Shown here: one piece after another, positions 9,841 to 19,500 of the stretch
Layout: each line of letters starts with the position of its first letter
Position numbering within the stretch: the first letter of the stretch is position 1
Sequence record: MZ501053
Direction: 5' to 3' (one strand)
Length of the DNA stretch: 49,298 bases
Origin: Escherichia phage BrunoManser
The notes under the pieces: generated by a model
Told to the model about the DNA's origin: nothing
The model's input: only the letters and a program-made list of their open reading frames with translations
Database searches by the model: none
Position numbers and translations under genes: made by a program

Positions 9841-10497
9841 ATGCACCTTCCTAATGGTTCACAAATTTTTATCGGTTCCACGCTGGGCGCTGAGATCGAG
9901 GCAACCAACGTTTCAAACGCTGCCGATCCGGTCTTCTCTGTTGCGTCAACTTCCGGCGTAACTGTCGGTCAATATGTGTTAGTTACTTCCGCCGCGTGGG
10001 GGCGTCTTCTGGATCGCGTCCTTCGTGTTAAGGCTGTATCCGAAGATGTAAGCGTAACGCTTGAGGGTATCGACACTACCAACGCGAACGTATTCCCAAC
10101 AGGCACTAACCCGGCTTCGTTCCGACCTGTTACCGCATGGACTGAGATCCCTTGCGTACAGGATATCGGGCAGGACGGCGGCGAGCAGCAGTATTACACT
10201 TACCAGTGCCTTTCTGACGATCAGGAACAGCAGTTACCGACCTTCAAATCTGCCGTGTCGCTTACTTACAGCTTCGCGCACGAATTTGATAACGCGATTT
10301 ACCCGATCCTTCGCGGTCTGGACGAATCCGGCGAAGTAACGCCGCTTCGAATGTTCGTTCCGAAGGCTAAAGAAATGCGCCTTTGGGCTGGGGTTCTGTC
10401 GTTTAACGATATCCCACAAACGCAGGTAAACGAGATGGAAACTGTTTCTTTGTCCGTTTCCCTGAAAGGTAAATTTACTTACCTTGCATCCGAATAA
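9841..10497 (+). CDS. major tail (tube) protein
   Basis: 218 aa, strong RBS (AAGGAG), directly upstream of tail chaperone and tape measure genes; terminator/promoter hairpin downstream. Confidence 0.55.
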   Translation: MHLPNGSQIFIGSTLGAEIEATNVSNAADPVFSVASTSGVTVGQYVLVTSAAWGRLLDRVLRVKAVSEDVSVTLEGIDTTNANVFPTGTNPASFRPVTAWTEIPCVQDIGQDGGEQQYYTYQCLSDDQEQQLPTFKSAVSLTYSFAHEFDNAIYPILRGLDESGEVTPLRMFVPKAKEMRLWAGVLSFNDIPQTQVNEMETVSLSVSLKGKFTYLASE

Positions 10498-10506
10498 CAT
10501 CACTCC

Positions 10507-10530
10507 GGGGAAGCTTGCTTCCCCTTTTTC
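10507..10530 (+). terminator. intrinsic terminator after major tail gene
   Basis: GGGGAAGC-TTGC-TTCCCC followed by TTTTT; overlaps -35 of downstream promoter. Confidence 0.6.
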
Positions 10531-10543
10531 TTTTCTGTAGAAT
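10515..10543 (+). promoter_or_regulatory. sigma70-like promoter (TTGCTT-N17-TGTAGAAT, extended -10) overlapping terminator
   Basis: -35 sits in the 3' arm of the terminator hairpin; extended -10 TGTAGAAT. Confidence 0.45.
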
Positions 10544-10572
10544 CATCGTATCAAATCGGCTCGACGCTGTTT

Positions 10573-10587
10573 TAGCAATTCGTGCTA
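10573..10587. promoter_or_regulatory. palindrome TAGCA-N5-TGCTA
   Basis: TTTTAGCAATTCGTGCTA between promoter -10 (10538) and RBS of tail chaperone gene, i.e. in the transcribed leader. Confidence 0.55.
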
Positions 10588-10609
10588 TTACCTATCAGGA
10601 GAATCAACA

Positions 10610-10924
10610 ATGGCTAAATTCAAAATTACTTTGGGCGCACTGCCTGACTTCGCACTACCCGTAAAATTCATCATGCCGAACGGCGACGAAGCGAAAATCA
10701 CTTTCAAAGTGAAGCATCGCCCGTCTAACGAAGTGCAGGAGCTTTACGATCGACAAGATATCAAAGACCACGATTTCATTATGGAATTGGCTTCCGGCTG
10801 GGATCTGGAAGAAGAGTTTAATCAAGAAAACGCCGAAATGCTTGTCCGCTACTATCCGGGCGCGGCGCTGGCTCTTACGTCAACCTACCTTCGAGCGCTG
10901 GCAGGGCAACGCGTAAAAAACTAA
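10610..10924 (+). CDS. tail assembly chaperone (G-like)
   Basis: 104 aa, immediately upstream of tape measure; ends with slippery A_AAA_AAC before stop. Confidence 0.6.
   Translation: MAKFKITLGALPDFALPVKFIMPNGDEAKITFKVKHRPSNEVQELYDRQDIKDHDFIMELASGWDLEEEFNQENAEMLVRYYPGAALALTSTYLRALAGQRVKN
10915..10921 (+). other. candidate -1 programmed ribosomal frameshift site (A_AAA_AAC)
   Basis: Heptamer X_XXY_YYZ in zero frame two codons before the stop of ORF 10610-10924; -1 frame continues into ORF 10942-11241. Confidence 0.5.
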
Positions 10925-10941
10925 AGCGGGCGGTTTATCTG

Positions 10942-11241
10942 ATGTACCAGAAACCGCCCACAGATGAAGAGTTAAGATCTGTCGGCCTGTCCCGTTCTGA
11001 CTACGAAGGAGAGGAACCGGAAATACTTTATTTCCCTGAAGACATGATCCAATCGTATGACGTGTTTTGTGCGATGGGTACGCAGTGGAGAAGCGCTGGC
11101 GCTGGGGCTTATGGTCTTGATTATAATGTTTTGCCTATGTTGTTCAAAATCTATAAAATAGACGATGAAGAGCAGGTGTTAAACGATATTCGTGTTATGG
11201 AACAGAAAGCATTAGAAATGATGCACCATAACAGCAAATAA
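10942..11241 (+). CDS. tail assembly chaperone extension (GT-like, probably made by -1 frameshift from 10610-10924)
   Basis: 99-aa ORF in the -1 frame relative to upstream ORF; that frame is open back through the slippery heptamer at 10915-10921. Confidence 0.5.
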   Translation: MYQKPPTDEELRSVGLSRSDYEGEEPEILYFPEDMIQSYDVFCAMGTQWRSAGAGAYGLDYNVLPMLFKIYKIDDEEQVLNDIRVMEQKALEMMHHNSK

Positions 11242-11265
11242 GCGCCTTCGGGCGCTTTTCTTTTA
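11241..11265 (+). terminator. intrinsic terminator before tape measure gene
   Basis: GCGCC-TTCG-GGCGC followed by TTTTCTTTT. Confidence 0.55.
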
Positions 11266-11282
11266 TCTGGAGGTAATCACAT

Positions 11283-13988
11283 ATGGCGGAACAATACGCG
11301 GGATTGTCGCTAGGTGTTGACGTATCGCAAGTCGATCGGGCTGTAAAGTCTCTTCGTGAATTTGCGAAGGCGAACGACGGCGCGGCGGACTCGACCCATG
11401 AATTTCTAAATCAAACGGAAGTTGCGAAACAGAAGGCAAAGGATCACGCGCGTGAACTGTCGAAACAGGCGAGGGAATATTCCAACGTTGTAGCGGCTAT
11501 CGATCCCACAGTCAAGAGCATGAACCGCTTACGCGAAACGGCGAAGCAGTTAGACGCACTTTGGAAAAAAGGCGTCGTACCGGACGACGAATTCTTCCGG
11601 CTTGGCGAAGTTCTGGAATCGCAAGAGGTTGCATTGCGCAAGAATCAGCAAGCGTTAACGGCTGAAGGTCGAGCGGCGGCGGAAGCATCACGCCAGAAGG
11701 AGGCGGCAACGAAGGCCGGGCAAAACTTCATCAAGAGCTTAGAACAGCAAGCCTTATTCGCTGGCAAGACGGCGCAAGAAGTTTTAGAACTGAAGGCCGC
11801 GCAATTAGGCGTAAGCGAACAGGCCGCGCCATTTATCGCGCAGTTGAATAATCAGGCGAAGGGTTTAAAACTGGCTGGCGTTTCTGCCGGGCAATATGCG
11901 CAAGCAATGCGAATGCTTCCGGCGCAGATTACGGACGTTGTAACGTCGCTTGCTTCCGGTATGCCTGTTTGGTTGGTAGCAATCCAGCAGGGCGGACAGA
12001 TTAAAGACAGCTTCGGCGGGCTGGGTAATACGTTCAAAGTTCTGTTGTCTTTCCTGAATCCGCTTAACGTCGGATTGGGCGTTACGGTTGGGGCGCTGGG
12101 AGCACTGATTTATAAGGTTGTCAGTACCCGCAACGAGATCAAGGAAACTCAATCCGCAGTCAATACCCAGCTTGGTATTACTGGCGATTACGCTGATCGG
12201 TTGTCCTTGAACATTATGGGGATCGCGAAAGCCGCCGACCAATCAGCAGACGAAGTAATCAAAGCTTTCATTTCGACGAAAGACGGCGCGGAAGAGTCGT
12301 TACAGAAAATGCTAGACGTCGGGATCAGCTACGACGAAGCGCGACAGCGTGTCGAGCAGTACAAGAAATCGGGCGATTTCACGGCGCTAAACGTTGACAT
12401 TGAACAGCACCGATTAAAGGTTCTGGAAATCAAAGACGCGTGGAGCGATGCGGCGGAAGAGGTGAGGAACTATTACACCGGGGCAAATGAAGGGAAACAG
12501 TCTGTCGCGCTGGGTGGTGCGGTTGATCCGATCGTCAAAGTTCTGGAACAGGCCAAAACGCTTAATCAGCAAGTCAACACGGCGCGAATCGAAGGTAACA
12601 AGCATGTAGCGAAAACCATCGATTTGATTAACAAAGAGTATTTAGCGGCGGATCGTGTCGCAGGGGCTGAGAAGGCATTAGCCGACGCGAGAAAGAACGC
12701 CAACGCGATCGCGGCGTCCGGCAATAAAGAAGCAATCGCCAACGCTCAAAAGTTAATCAAGATTCGTGAAGACGAAGTGAAACAGGCGAAGGAGGCGGAG
12801 AAGAAGAAAGGCACTAAGGGCGGCAAGAAAGGTTCTGGCGGTATCACGCGAGCACCTACCGAGCAACTCGACAAAGAGCTTTACGTGCTTCAGGCGCAGT
12901 TAGTGACGCTGCAAAAACACGCCAGCATTAACGATCGCATTTCGCAACAGCGTAAAGCGCTATGGGCTGTCGAAGGACAGATTCAGGTTCTGGAGGAAGC
13001 GCAATCCACGCGCAAATTAACCAATGCGGAACAGGCGTTATTACTGGAACAGAAACAGGTACTAGCCCGCGCACAGCAGAAAGCCGAATTAGGCGATCAG
13101 ATTGCGCAGCAGGAAAAGCTAAACCAGTTGAATCAAGATTCCGTTAAATTCGTATTGCAAATGGATCAAGCAACGAAGACGCTAAACGATACGCGAAGCA
13201 TGGGCGCACTTGCGGCACAACGTGAAGCGGAACGCCAGAAGATGCAAGCGGATTGGTTAGCGAAAGGCGGAAGTCTTGAGGAAGACACGTTCAAGCGTAT
13301 GCAGGAAGCGCAAGAAAAATACTACGCAGCCGAAGACGAAAAGCGCGGAGATTGGCTAGCGGGGGCGCAATCTGCATTTGCCACCTACGGCGAAGAAGCA
13401 ACAAACATGTATGATAATGTAGGCAACATTGCTTCGAATGCACTGTCGGGAATGTCCGATATGATGGCGGAATTCCTCATGACCGGGGAGGCGAACTTCG
13501 CAGATTTCGCTAAGAGCATCATTAGCCAGATTATCCAGATGATTACTAAGATGGTAATCTTCAATTCGATTTCTGGTATGATGGGCGGCTCTACGTGGAG
13601 TTTTGCGGGCGGGTTTGCTAACGGCGGTTATACCGGGAACGGCGGCAAGTACGAACCGAAAGGCGTAGTGCACGGCGGCGAATTCGTATTCACGAAGGAG
13701 GCGACAAGCAGGATCGGGGTTGGCAACCTAAACCGACTCATGCGGGGTTATGCGAACGGCGGTTCGGTTGGCAATGCTTCGCGCGGAACAGGGTTAACGC
13801 TTTCGAGCGGTGGCGCTGGCGCTGGGAGCTATATCGACGTTAGCGGGATGAAAGTCGATGTGAATAACGGCAACGACCCGAAAGGGCTTGAGCAGGGCAT
13901 TCGTATGATCTGCAACGAAATGATTAACGAATCGTTTTCACAAGGTGGCAAGGCTTACACCTACATTATGGAAAAAACAGGAGGCTAA
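11283..13988 (+). CDS. tail tape measure protein
   Basis: 901 aa, largely coiled-coil (A/E/K/Q-rich), Gly-rich C-terminal region, position after chaperones. Confidence 0.85.
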   Translation: MAEQYAGLSLGVDVSQVDRAVKSLREFAKANDGAADSTHEFLNQTEVAKQKAKDHARELSKQAREYSNVVAAIDPTVKSMNRLRETAKQLDALWKKGVVPDDEFFRLGEVLESQEVALRKNQQALTAEGRAAAEASRQKEAATKAGQNFIKSLEQQALFAGKTAQEVLELKAAQLGVSEQAAPFIAQLNNQAKGLKLAGVSAGQYAQAMRMLPAQITDVVTSLASGMPVWLVAIQQGGQIKDSFGGLGNTFKVLLSFLNPLNVGLGVTVGALGALIYKVVSTRNEIKETQSAVNTQLGITGDYADRLSLNIMGIAKAADQSADEVIKAFISTKDGAEESLQKMLDVGISYDEARQRVEQYKKSGDFTALNVDIEQHRLKVLEIKDAWSDAAEEVRNYYTGANEGKQSVALGGAVDPIVKVLEQAKTLNQQVNTARIEGNKHVAKTIDLINKEYLAADRVAGAEKALADARKNANAIAASGNKEAIANAQKLIKIREDEVKQAKEAEKKKGTKGGKKGSGGITRAPTEQLDKELYVLQAQLVTLQKHASINDRISQQRKALWAVEGQIQVLEEAQSTRKLTNAEQALLLEQKQVLARAQQKAELGDQIAQQEKLNQLNQDSVKFVLQMDQATKTLNDTRSMGALAAQREAERQKMQADWLAKGGSLEEDTFKRMQEAQEKYYAAEDEKRGDWLAGAQSAFATYGEEATNMYDNVGNIASNALSGMSDMMAEFLMTGEANFADFAKSIISQIIQMITKMVIFNSISGMMGGSTWSFAGGFANGGYTGNGGKYEPKGVVHGGEFVFTKEATSRIGVGNLNRLMRGYANGGSVGNASRGTGLTLSSGGAGAGSYIDVSGMKVDVNNGNDPKGLEQGIRMICNEMINESFSQGGKAYTYIMEKTGG

Positions 13989-13991
13989 TCA

Positions 13992-14345
13992 ATGGCGACG
14001 CTGGACGAATTTACATGGTGTACACAAATTCAGAATAGCGGCGGAGCAATGACTACCGAGAACAACGACAGGGAAGTCGTTTTCGGTAACGGCTACAAGC
14101 AAGTTGCATCGTCTGGATTTAACACTGAGCGCCGGGAGTTTACGATCGTATACGCTGGCAATGATTGGAAGGCGGTTAAGGCGTTTTGTACCGGGCATCG
14201 ACTGAAGCCGTTTTTATGGCTTCCGCCAGATGAACAGCTAGGCTTGTTCATTGTGAAGTCAGGTTCGGTTGCGCTCACCCCGATCGCGCCGGGATTGAAC
14301 GAAATACGCGCTACGTTTTCCGAACAGTTTACATCTATGGAATAA
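13992..14345 (+). CDS. minor tail protein (lambda gpM-like)
   Basis: 117 aa, immediately after tape measure; lambda-like M-L-K-I-J order. Confidence 0.6.
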   Translation: MATLDEFTWCTQIQNSGGAMTTENNDREVVFGNGYKQVASSGFNTERREFTIVYAGNDWKAVKAFCTGHRLKPFLWLPPDEQLGLFIVKSGSVALTPIAPGLNEIRATFSEQFTSME

Positions 14346-14359
14346 CACGATCTGACAAT

Positions 14360-14385
14360 AGCCCGCCTTGCGCGGGCTTTTTTAT
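14360..14385 (+). terminator. intrinsic terminator
   Basis: AGCCCGC-CTTG-CGCGGGCT followed by TTTTTT. Confidence 0.65.
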
Positions 14386-14396
14386 GGCTGTAGAAT
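14368..14396 (+). promoter_or_regulatory. sigma70-like promoter (TTGCGC-N17-TGTAGAAT) overlapping terminator
   Basis: Same architecture as the 10515 and 16510 promoters. Confidence 0.45.
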
Positions 14397-14426
14397 GGTT
14401 GCACATTCACAAGCGGAGTAAATAAA

Positions 14427-15185
14427 ATGGCTGAAACTGGTAAAGAAAAATGGGAAAACTGTCTGCAATCCCTTTACCCCGGCGAGATTATCACGCTGGT
14501 AGAGATTGACGGCGAGAAGTTCGGGGCGCAGGTCTACCGATTCCACGCAGAGAATATCGCGTACACTCCTGAAGAGCTTATGCAAGCGCGTGAAACTGGC
14601 GTATTGCCTCCGAAAGAAATCACCTTTCAGGGCGAACAATACGGGGCGCGACCTTTTGGAATTTCCGGGATCTCGTTCACAAGTAACGGAAAGGCCGGAA
14701 AACCTAAACTTACGATCTCTAACATTGATTCGCAGGTTGCCGCGCTAATCCGTTCCTACAACGGCATGATGCAAGCTAAGGTTACGATATGGGTTGCACC
14801 AAAAGACCTAATGAACGAAGACGGCACAATCGAAGACGGCGCGTTCAGAAAGCTGGTTTACTACATTGAGCGCCCGGATTACGTCGATTCAACGTTAGCA
14901 CGATTCGATCTCACATCACCTTATGATATGGATGGGGTTATGATCCCGCCGCGCACGTCGCAAAGCGTTTGTTATTGGGCGCAACGTGGATGGTATAAAA
15001 GCGGAAAGGGCTGTTCGTATGATGGGCGTAACGGTTGGTTTGATAAAGACAATAATCCGGTAGACGATCCGTCGAAAGATTTTTGCCCCGGCACGTTAAC
15101 GGCGTGTAAACTTCGCTTCGGTGCGGATCAGGAATTAGATTTCGGCGGATGCGCCGTAGCCTCACTACAAAGGAAAATGCAATGA
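14427..15185 (+). CDS. minor tail protein L-like
   Basis: 252 aa; C-terminal four-Cys cluster (CYWAQ...GCSYD...FCPGTLTACKL) as in lambda gpL Fe-S proteins. Confidence 0.65.
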   Translation: MAETGKEKWENCLQSLYPGEIITLVEIDGEKFGAQVYRFHAENIAYTPEELMQARETGVLPPKEITFQGEQYGARPFGISGISFTSNGKAGKPKLTISNIDSQVAALIRSYNGMMQAKVTIWVAPKDLMNEDGTIEDGAFRKLVYYIERPDYVDSTLARFDLTSPYDMDGVMIPPRTSQSVCYWAQRGWYKSGKGCSYDGRNGWFDKDNNPVDDPSKDFCPGTLTACKLRFGADQELDFGGCAVASLQRKMQ

Positions 15186-15898
15186 TTAATGCTAAAGTTA
15201 AGATCGAAATTATGCGTCACGCACAAGACGTTTACCCCGCTGAGTGTTGCGGGGTTGTCACTCAAAAAAGCCGTGTTCAGCGTTACCACAGGATCGATAA
15301 CATGCACGACGACCCGGAAAACCATTTTGAAATGAACGCGCAACAGTACGCCGACGCGCTGGAATGTGGCGAACTGGTTAGCGTGGTGCATAGTCATACT
15401 GGCGACGGGGCAACTACACTACCTTCGCCGCACGATACATGTGTCTGTAACGAAATGGGCGTCATGTGGACTATCGTTAGCTTGCCTGAAGGTGATATGC
15501 GATTTGTTCAACCGTCAACGCTTCCGCTGATTGGTAGGCCGTGGGCGTTAGGTTCGTTTGATTGCTGGGGCTTGATTATTGCTTACCACAAAGAACACGG
15601 AATCGAATTAGGCGATCACAGAAAACCTTATGAGTGGTGGAAACCTGAGTTCGGGGAAAATCTATATCAGGATCTTTATCAGGACGAAGGGTTCGTCCCG
15701 ACCAATCAGGAACCGAGGCCGGGCGATATGATTATCATGCAACTACAATCGCCAGTATGGAACCATGCCGGGATTTACGTCGGCGACAATAAGATCTTGC
15801 ATCATGCGTTCGGCAAGTTGTCGCGTGAAGATTTATATTCCGGTTGGTATCAGGAACACACTGTTATGATTTGCAGACACAAGGATCTGAAACTATGA
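15182..15898 (+). CDS. tail tip assembly protein K-like (MPN/JAMM + NlpC/P60)
   Basis: Start set to ATG overlapping L stop (ATGA); JAMM-like HSHTGDGATTLPSPHD motif and C-terminal Cys/His peptidase-like region (DCWGL...H). Confidence 0.65.
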   Translation: MINAKVKIEIMRHAQDVYPAECCGVVTQKSRVQRYHRIDNMHDDPENHFEMNAQQYADALECGELVSVVHSHTGDGATTLPSPHDTCVCNEMGVMWTIVSLPEGDMRFVQPSTLPLIGRPWALGSFDCWGLIIAYHKEHGIELGDHRKPYEWWKPEFGENLYQDLYQDEGFVPTNQEPRPGDMIIMQLQSPVWNHAGIYVGDNKILHHAFGKLSREDLYSGWYQEHTVMICRHKDLKL

Positions 15899-16497
15899 AT
15901 ACATCATTGAAGAAAATAAAGCTTTCTGGTTCGCTGGGGCGTCGTTTCGGCGTCTTTCACTATCTGGCTGTTGATTCATACCCGGAAGCAATTCGGGCGC
16001 TGTCGTCGCAGGTAGAAGGCTTTAAAGACTACATGCAAAGCGAAGTCGGTTCCCGGATGAAGTACGCCGTATTCGTGGACGGGAAGAACATTAGCCACAA
16101 CAACGAAAAGGAATTCGCTTGCGCTAACGAAGTTCGAATCCTTCCGATCCCTACTGGTTCAAAGTCGGGCGGTCTGTTTCAGATCGTGTTAGGTGCGGCA
16201 ATTATGGCGGCTGCATTCTTCACGGCTGGCGCATCGCTGGCGGCGATGGGGGCGCTTGCTTCCTCCGCCTTTATGATGGGCGGCGCTATGGTATTAGGTG
16301 GCGTCATGCAGATGATTAGCCCGCAAGCTGGGGGGCAAAACTTCGAAGTGCAATCCAGCAAGAACAAGCCGTCATATGCTTTCGGCGGGGCGGTGAACAC
16401 AACGGCGGCGGGGTATCCGATCCCTCTTCCGTATGGCGAACGAACTGTCGGCGGGGCGACCTTCTCCGCAGGTTCCTACGCTGAAGATATGGCATAA
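15895..16497 (+). CDS. tail assembly protein I-like
   Basis: Start at ATGA overlap with K stop; hydrophobic Gly/Ala-rich C-terminal half as in lambda gpI; precedes J-like gene. Confidence 0.55.
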   Translation: MNTSLKKIKLSGSLGRRFGVFHYLAVDSYPEAIRALSSQVEGFKDYMQSEVGSRMKYAVFVDGKNISHNNEKEFACANEVRILPIPTGSKSGGLFQIVLGAAIMAAAFFTAGASLAAMGALASSAFMMGGAMVLGGVMQMISPQAGGQNFEVQSSKNKPSYAFGGAVNTTAAGYPIPLPYGERTVGGATFSAGSYAEDMA

Positions 16498-16501
16498 AAT
16501 T

Positions 16502-16527
16502 AGCCCGCCTTGCGCGGGTTTTTTTTC
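16502..16527 (+). terminator. intrinsic terminator
   Basis: AGCCCGC-CTTG-CGCGGG followed by T8; near-identical to the 14360 hairpin. Confidence 0.65.
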
Positions 16528-16538
16528 GCCTGTATAAT
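16510..16538 (+). promoter_or_regulatory. sigma70-like promoter (TTGCGC-N17-TGTATAAT) overlapping terminator
   Basis: Extended -10 TGTATAAT 17 nt after TTGCGC inside terminator stem; upstream of J-like gene. Confidence 0.5.
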
Positions 16539-16574
16539 GACTTCACCGATAAATAGCACAAAAGGTTAAACATC

Positions 16575-19500
16575 ATGATTAAAAAAGTGATAACCGGATC
16601 GAAAGGTGGTGGCGGAAAGCCTCATACACCTGTCGAAATGGAAGATAACTTGATTTCAATCAACAAAATACGCGTGTTGCTGGCAGTGTCAGACGGCGAA
16701 GTCGATCCAGACTTTGACATGAAAATGTTGTTGCTTAACGACGTTCCAGTTATGAACGACGACGGCACATACAACTACGAAGGCATTACGGCGGAATTCC
16801 GTCCCGGTACGCAAACGCAAGATTACATACAGGGATTCACCGACAGCGCAAGCGAAGTAACGATGAATCGCGTTATCGATCGCGATACCCCGTACAGCAT
16901 CAACGTTACGAACAAATCGCTTTCGGCTATCCGTATCAAAATGTATATGCCGCGTGGCGTGAAGGTGGAAAGCAACGGCGACAAGAACGGCGTTCGCGTC
17001 GAATACAAAGTCGAATTAGCTGTCGATGGTGCGGCGTTTACCGAATACTTCACCGACGTAATCGACGGTAAAACAATGTCGGGCTATGACCGCAGCCGCC
17101 GAATCAACCTTCCGGCGTTCAACAGTCAAGTAATCGTGAGAGTGTCGCGCGTTACTCCTGATTCCGACGATTCTAACTTGATCGACGAAATGCAGTTGAA
17201 AAGCTATGCGGAAGTAATCGACGCTAAATTCCGTTACCCGCTGACTGGTCTGTTATTCGTGGAATTCGATTCGAAGATGTTCCCGACCCAGATCCCGAAT
17301 ATTTCGCTTCGTAAAAAGTGGAAGGTGATTAACGTCCCGTCGAACTATAACCCGATTACCCGCGACTATAACGGAAGCTGGGACGGCACGTTCAAAAAGG
17401 CGTGGAGTAATAACCCGGCATGGGTTCTTTACGATATCATCACGAACCAACGTTACGGGTTAGATCAGCGTGAGTTAGGGATTAATGTCGATAAGTGGGC
17501 GTTATACGAAGCCGGGCAATATTGCGATCAGATGGTTCCAGACGGAAAAGGCGGAACCGAACCGCGTTACCTTTGTGATGTGGTTATTCAGTCGCAGATT
17601 GAAGCGTTTAAACTGGTTCGCGATATCTGTTCAATCTTCCGTGGTATGTCGTTTTGGAATGGCGAAAGTTTATCTGTCGTGATCGATAAGCCGCGCGACC
17701 CGTCTTACATTTTCACCAACGAAAACGTAGTCGGCGGTAACTTCTCTTACTCGTTCGCGAGCGAAAAGAGCATGTACACGACTTGCAACGTGCAGTTTGA
17801 TGATCATGAAAACTTATATCAACAGGACGTTGAACCTGTATTCGATACTGACGCGGCGCGACGCTTCGGCAATAACCCGACAAGCATTACAGCGATCGGA
17901 TGTACGCGACGCAGCGAGGCTAACAGGCGCGGACGCTGGATTCTGCGAACGAACCTTCGCAGCACGACGGTTAACTTTGCTACCGGGCTGGAAGGTATGA
18001 TCCCGCAAATCGGCGACGTCGTGGCGATTGCAGATAATTTCTGGTCAAGCAATCTTACGTTAAACCTTTCCGGGCGAGTCATGGAAGTATCAGGATTGCA
18101 GATTTTTACGGCGTTTCGTGTTGACGCTCGCGCAGGTGATTTTATTGTCGTAAATAAGCCGGATGGGAAGCCCGTCAAGCGCACAATTTCTTCGGTGTCA
18201 CCAGACGGCAAGACAATAGAAATAAACGTAGGATTCGGCTTTGACGTCGCACCAAGCACTATCTTTGCTATCGACCGAACCGACGTTGCTTTGCAACAGT
18301 ACGTTGTAACCGATATCAAGAAAGGCGACGGCGACGAAGAGTTCGTATTCAGTATCACGGCGGTTGAGTATGACCCGAACAAATACGACGCAATCGACTA
18401 CGGCGTAAACGTTGACGACAGGCCGACAAGTATCGTAGATCCTGACAAGTTGCCAGCGCCGCAAAACGTAGCTGTCGAATCGTTTTCGCGTATCGTGCAG
18501 GGCTTGAGCGTCGAAACGATGGTCATTAGCTGGGAGAAGGTCGATTATGCGGCATTCTATGAGGTTCAATGGAGAAAGAATAACGGTAACTGGATTAACG
18601 TTCCGCGCACCCAAACGAACGAAACATTCGTCGAAGGGATTTACGCGGGCGAATACTCCGTCCGAGTTCGCGCTATTTCATCTTCGGAAAACGCTTCCGT
18701 ATGGTCTGAGGTGGTAACGGTCGGATTAACTGGCAAGGTAGGCGAACCGGGCGCACCGATTAACTTCACTGCGTCCGACGACGTTGTTTTCGGTATCCGG
18801 TTAAAATGGGGTATGCCTGAAGACTCCGGCGACACGGCTTACATTGAAGTGCAGCAATCGCCAAACAACAGCGTAGAAAATGCATCGTTGCTAACGTTAG
18901 TCCCGTATCCGCAACATGAGTATTTCCATACTCCGCTTGAGGCCGGGAAGATGATTTTCTATAGAATTCGCGCCATCGACAAAATCGGCAACGTGTCTCC
19001 TTGGACTGACTTAATACCCGGAATGGCGTCTACCGACGTGGAAAGTATCATCGGTGAAATTAAGGTTGATATCGAAAATTCAGAGGGATATCAATGGCTG
19101 AAGGAAAACGCAACGGACGCAATAGCGAGAATCCAGAACACGGCAGAATCGGCGATAGAGAATGCGTTAGCCAATGATAAGGACATAAGAATCCAGCGAG
19201 TGAAGAACGGCAAATTCACGGCGCAGATTAAAGAGTCGTTACAGCTTATCGCCAACGAAACCGAAGCGCGTGTGACGCAAGTTTCACAGATGGAAGCGGA
19301 CTTCGACGGCAAGATTAACGCTCAAAATACTGAGCTTCGACAGGTTATCGCAACGGAAACGGAAGCGCTATCCGAAGAGATCGAAGAACTGAAAGCCTCA
19401 ATCGGTGACGATATTCAGGCGCAGTTAACGCAGGTTCAACAGGCGATCGCCAACGAAACGGAAGCGAGAACCACGGCGGACACGGCGTTAAGCGCAAGAA

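Noticed and set aside
11444-13673. Nested or antisense ORFs within the tape measure gene (e.g. 11865-12242 -, 12962-13147 +, 13356-13673 -)
   Set aside because: Embedded in a 901-aa gene with coherent coiled-coil composition; no independent start signals.
17819-18614. Long antisense ORFs in the J-like gene (17819-18382 -, 18198-18614 -)
   Set aside because: Opposite strand of a continuous 1140-aa ORF inside a co-directional operon; no promoter or RBS evidence.
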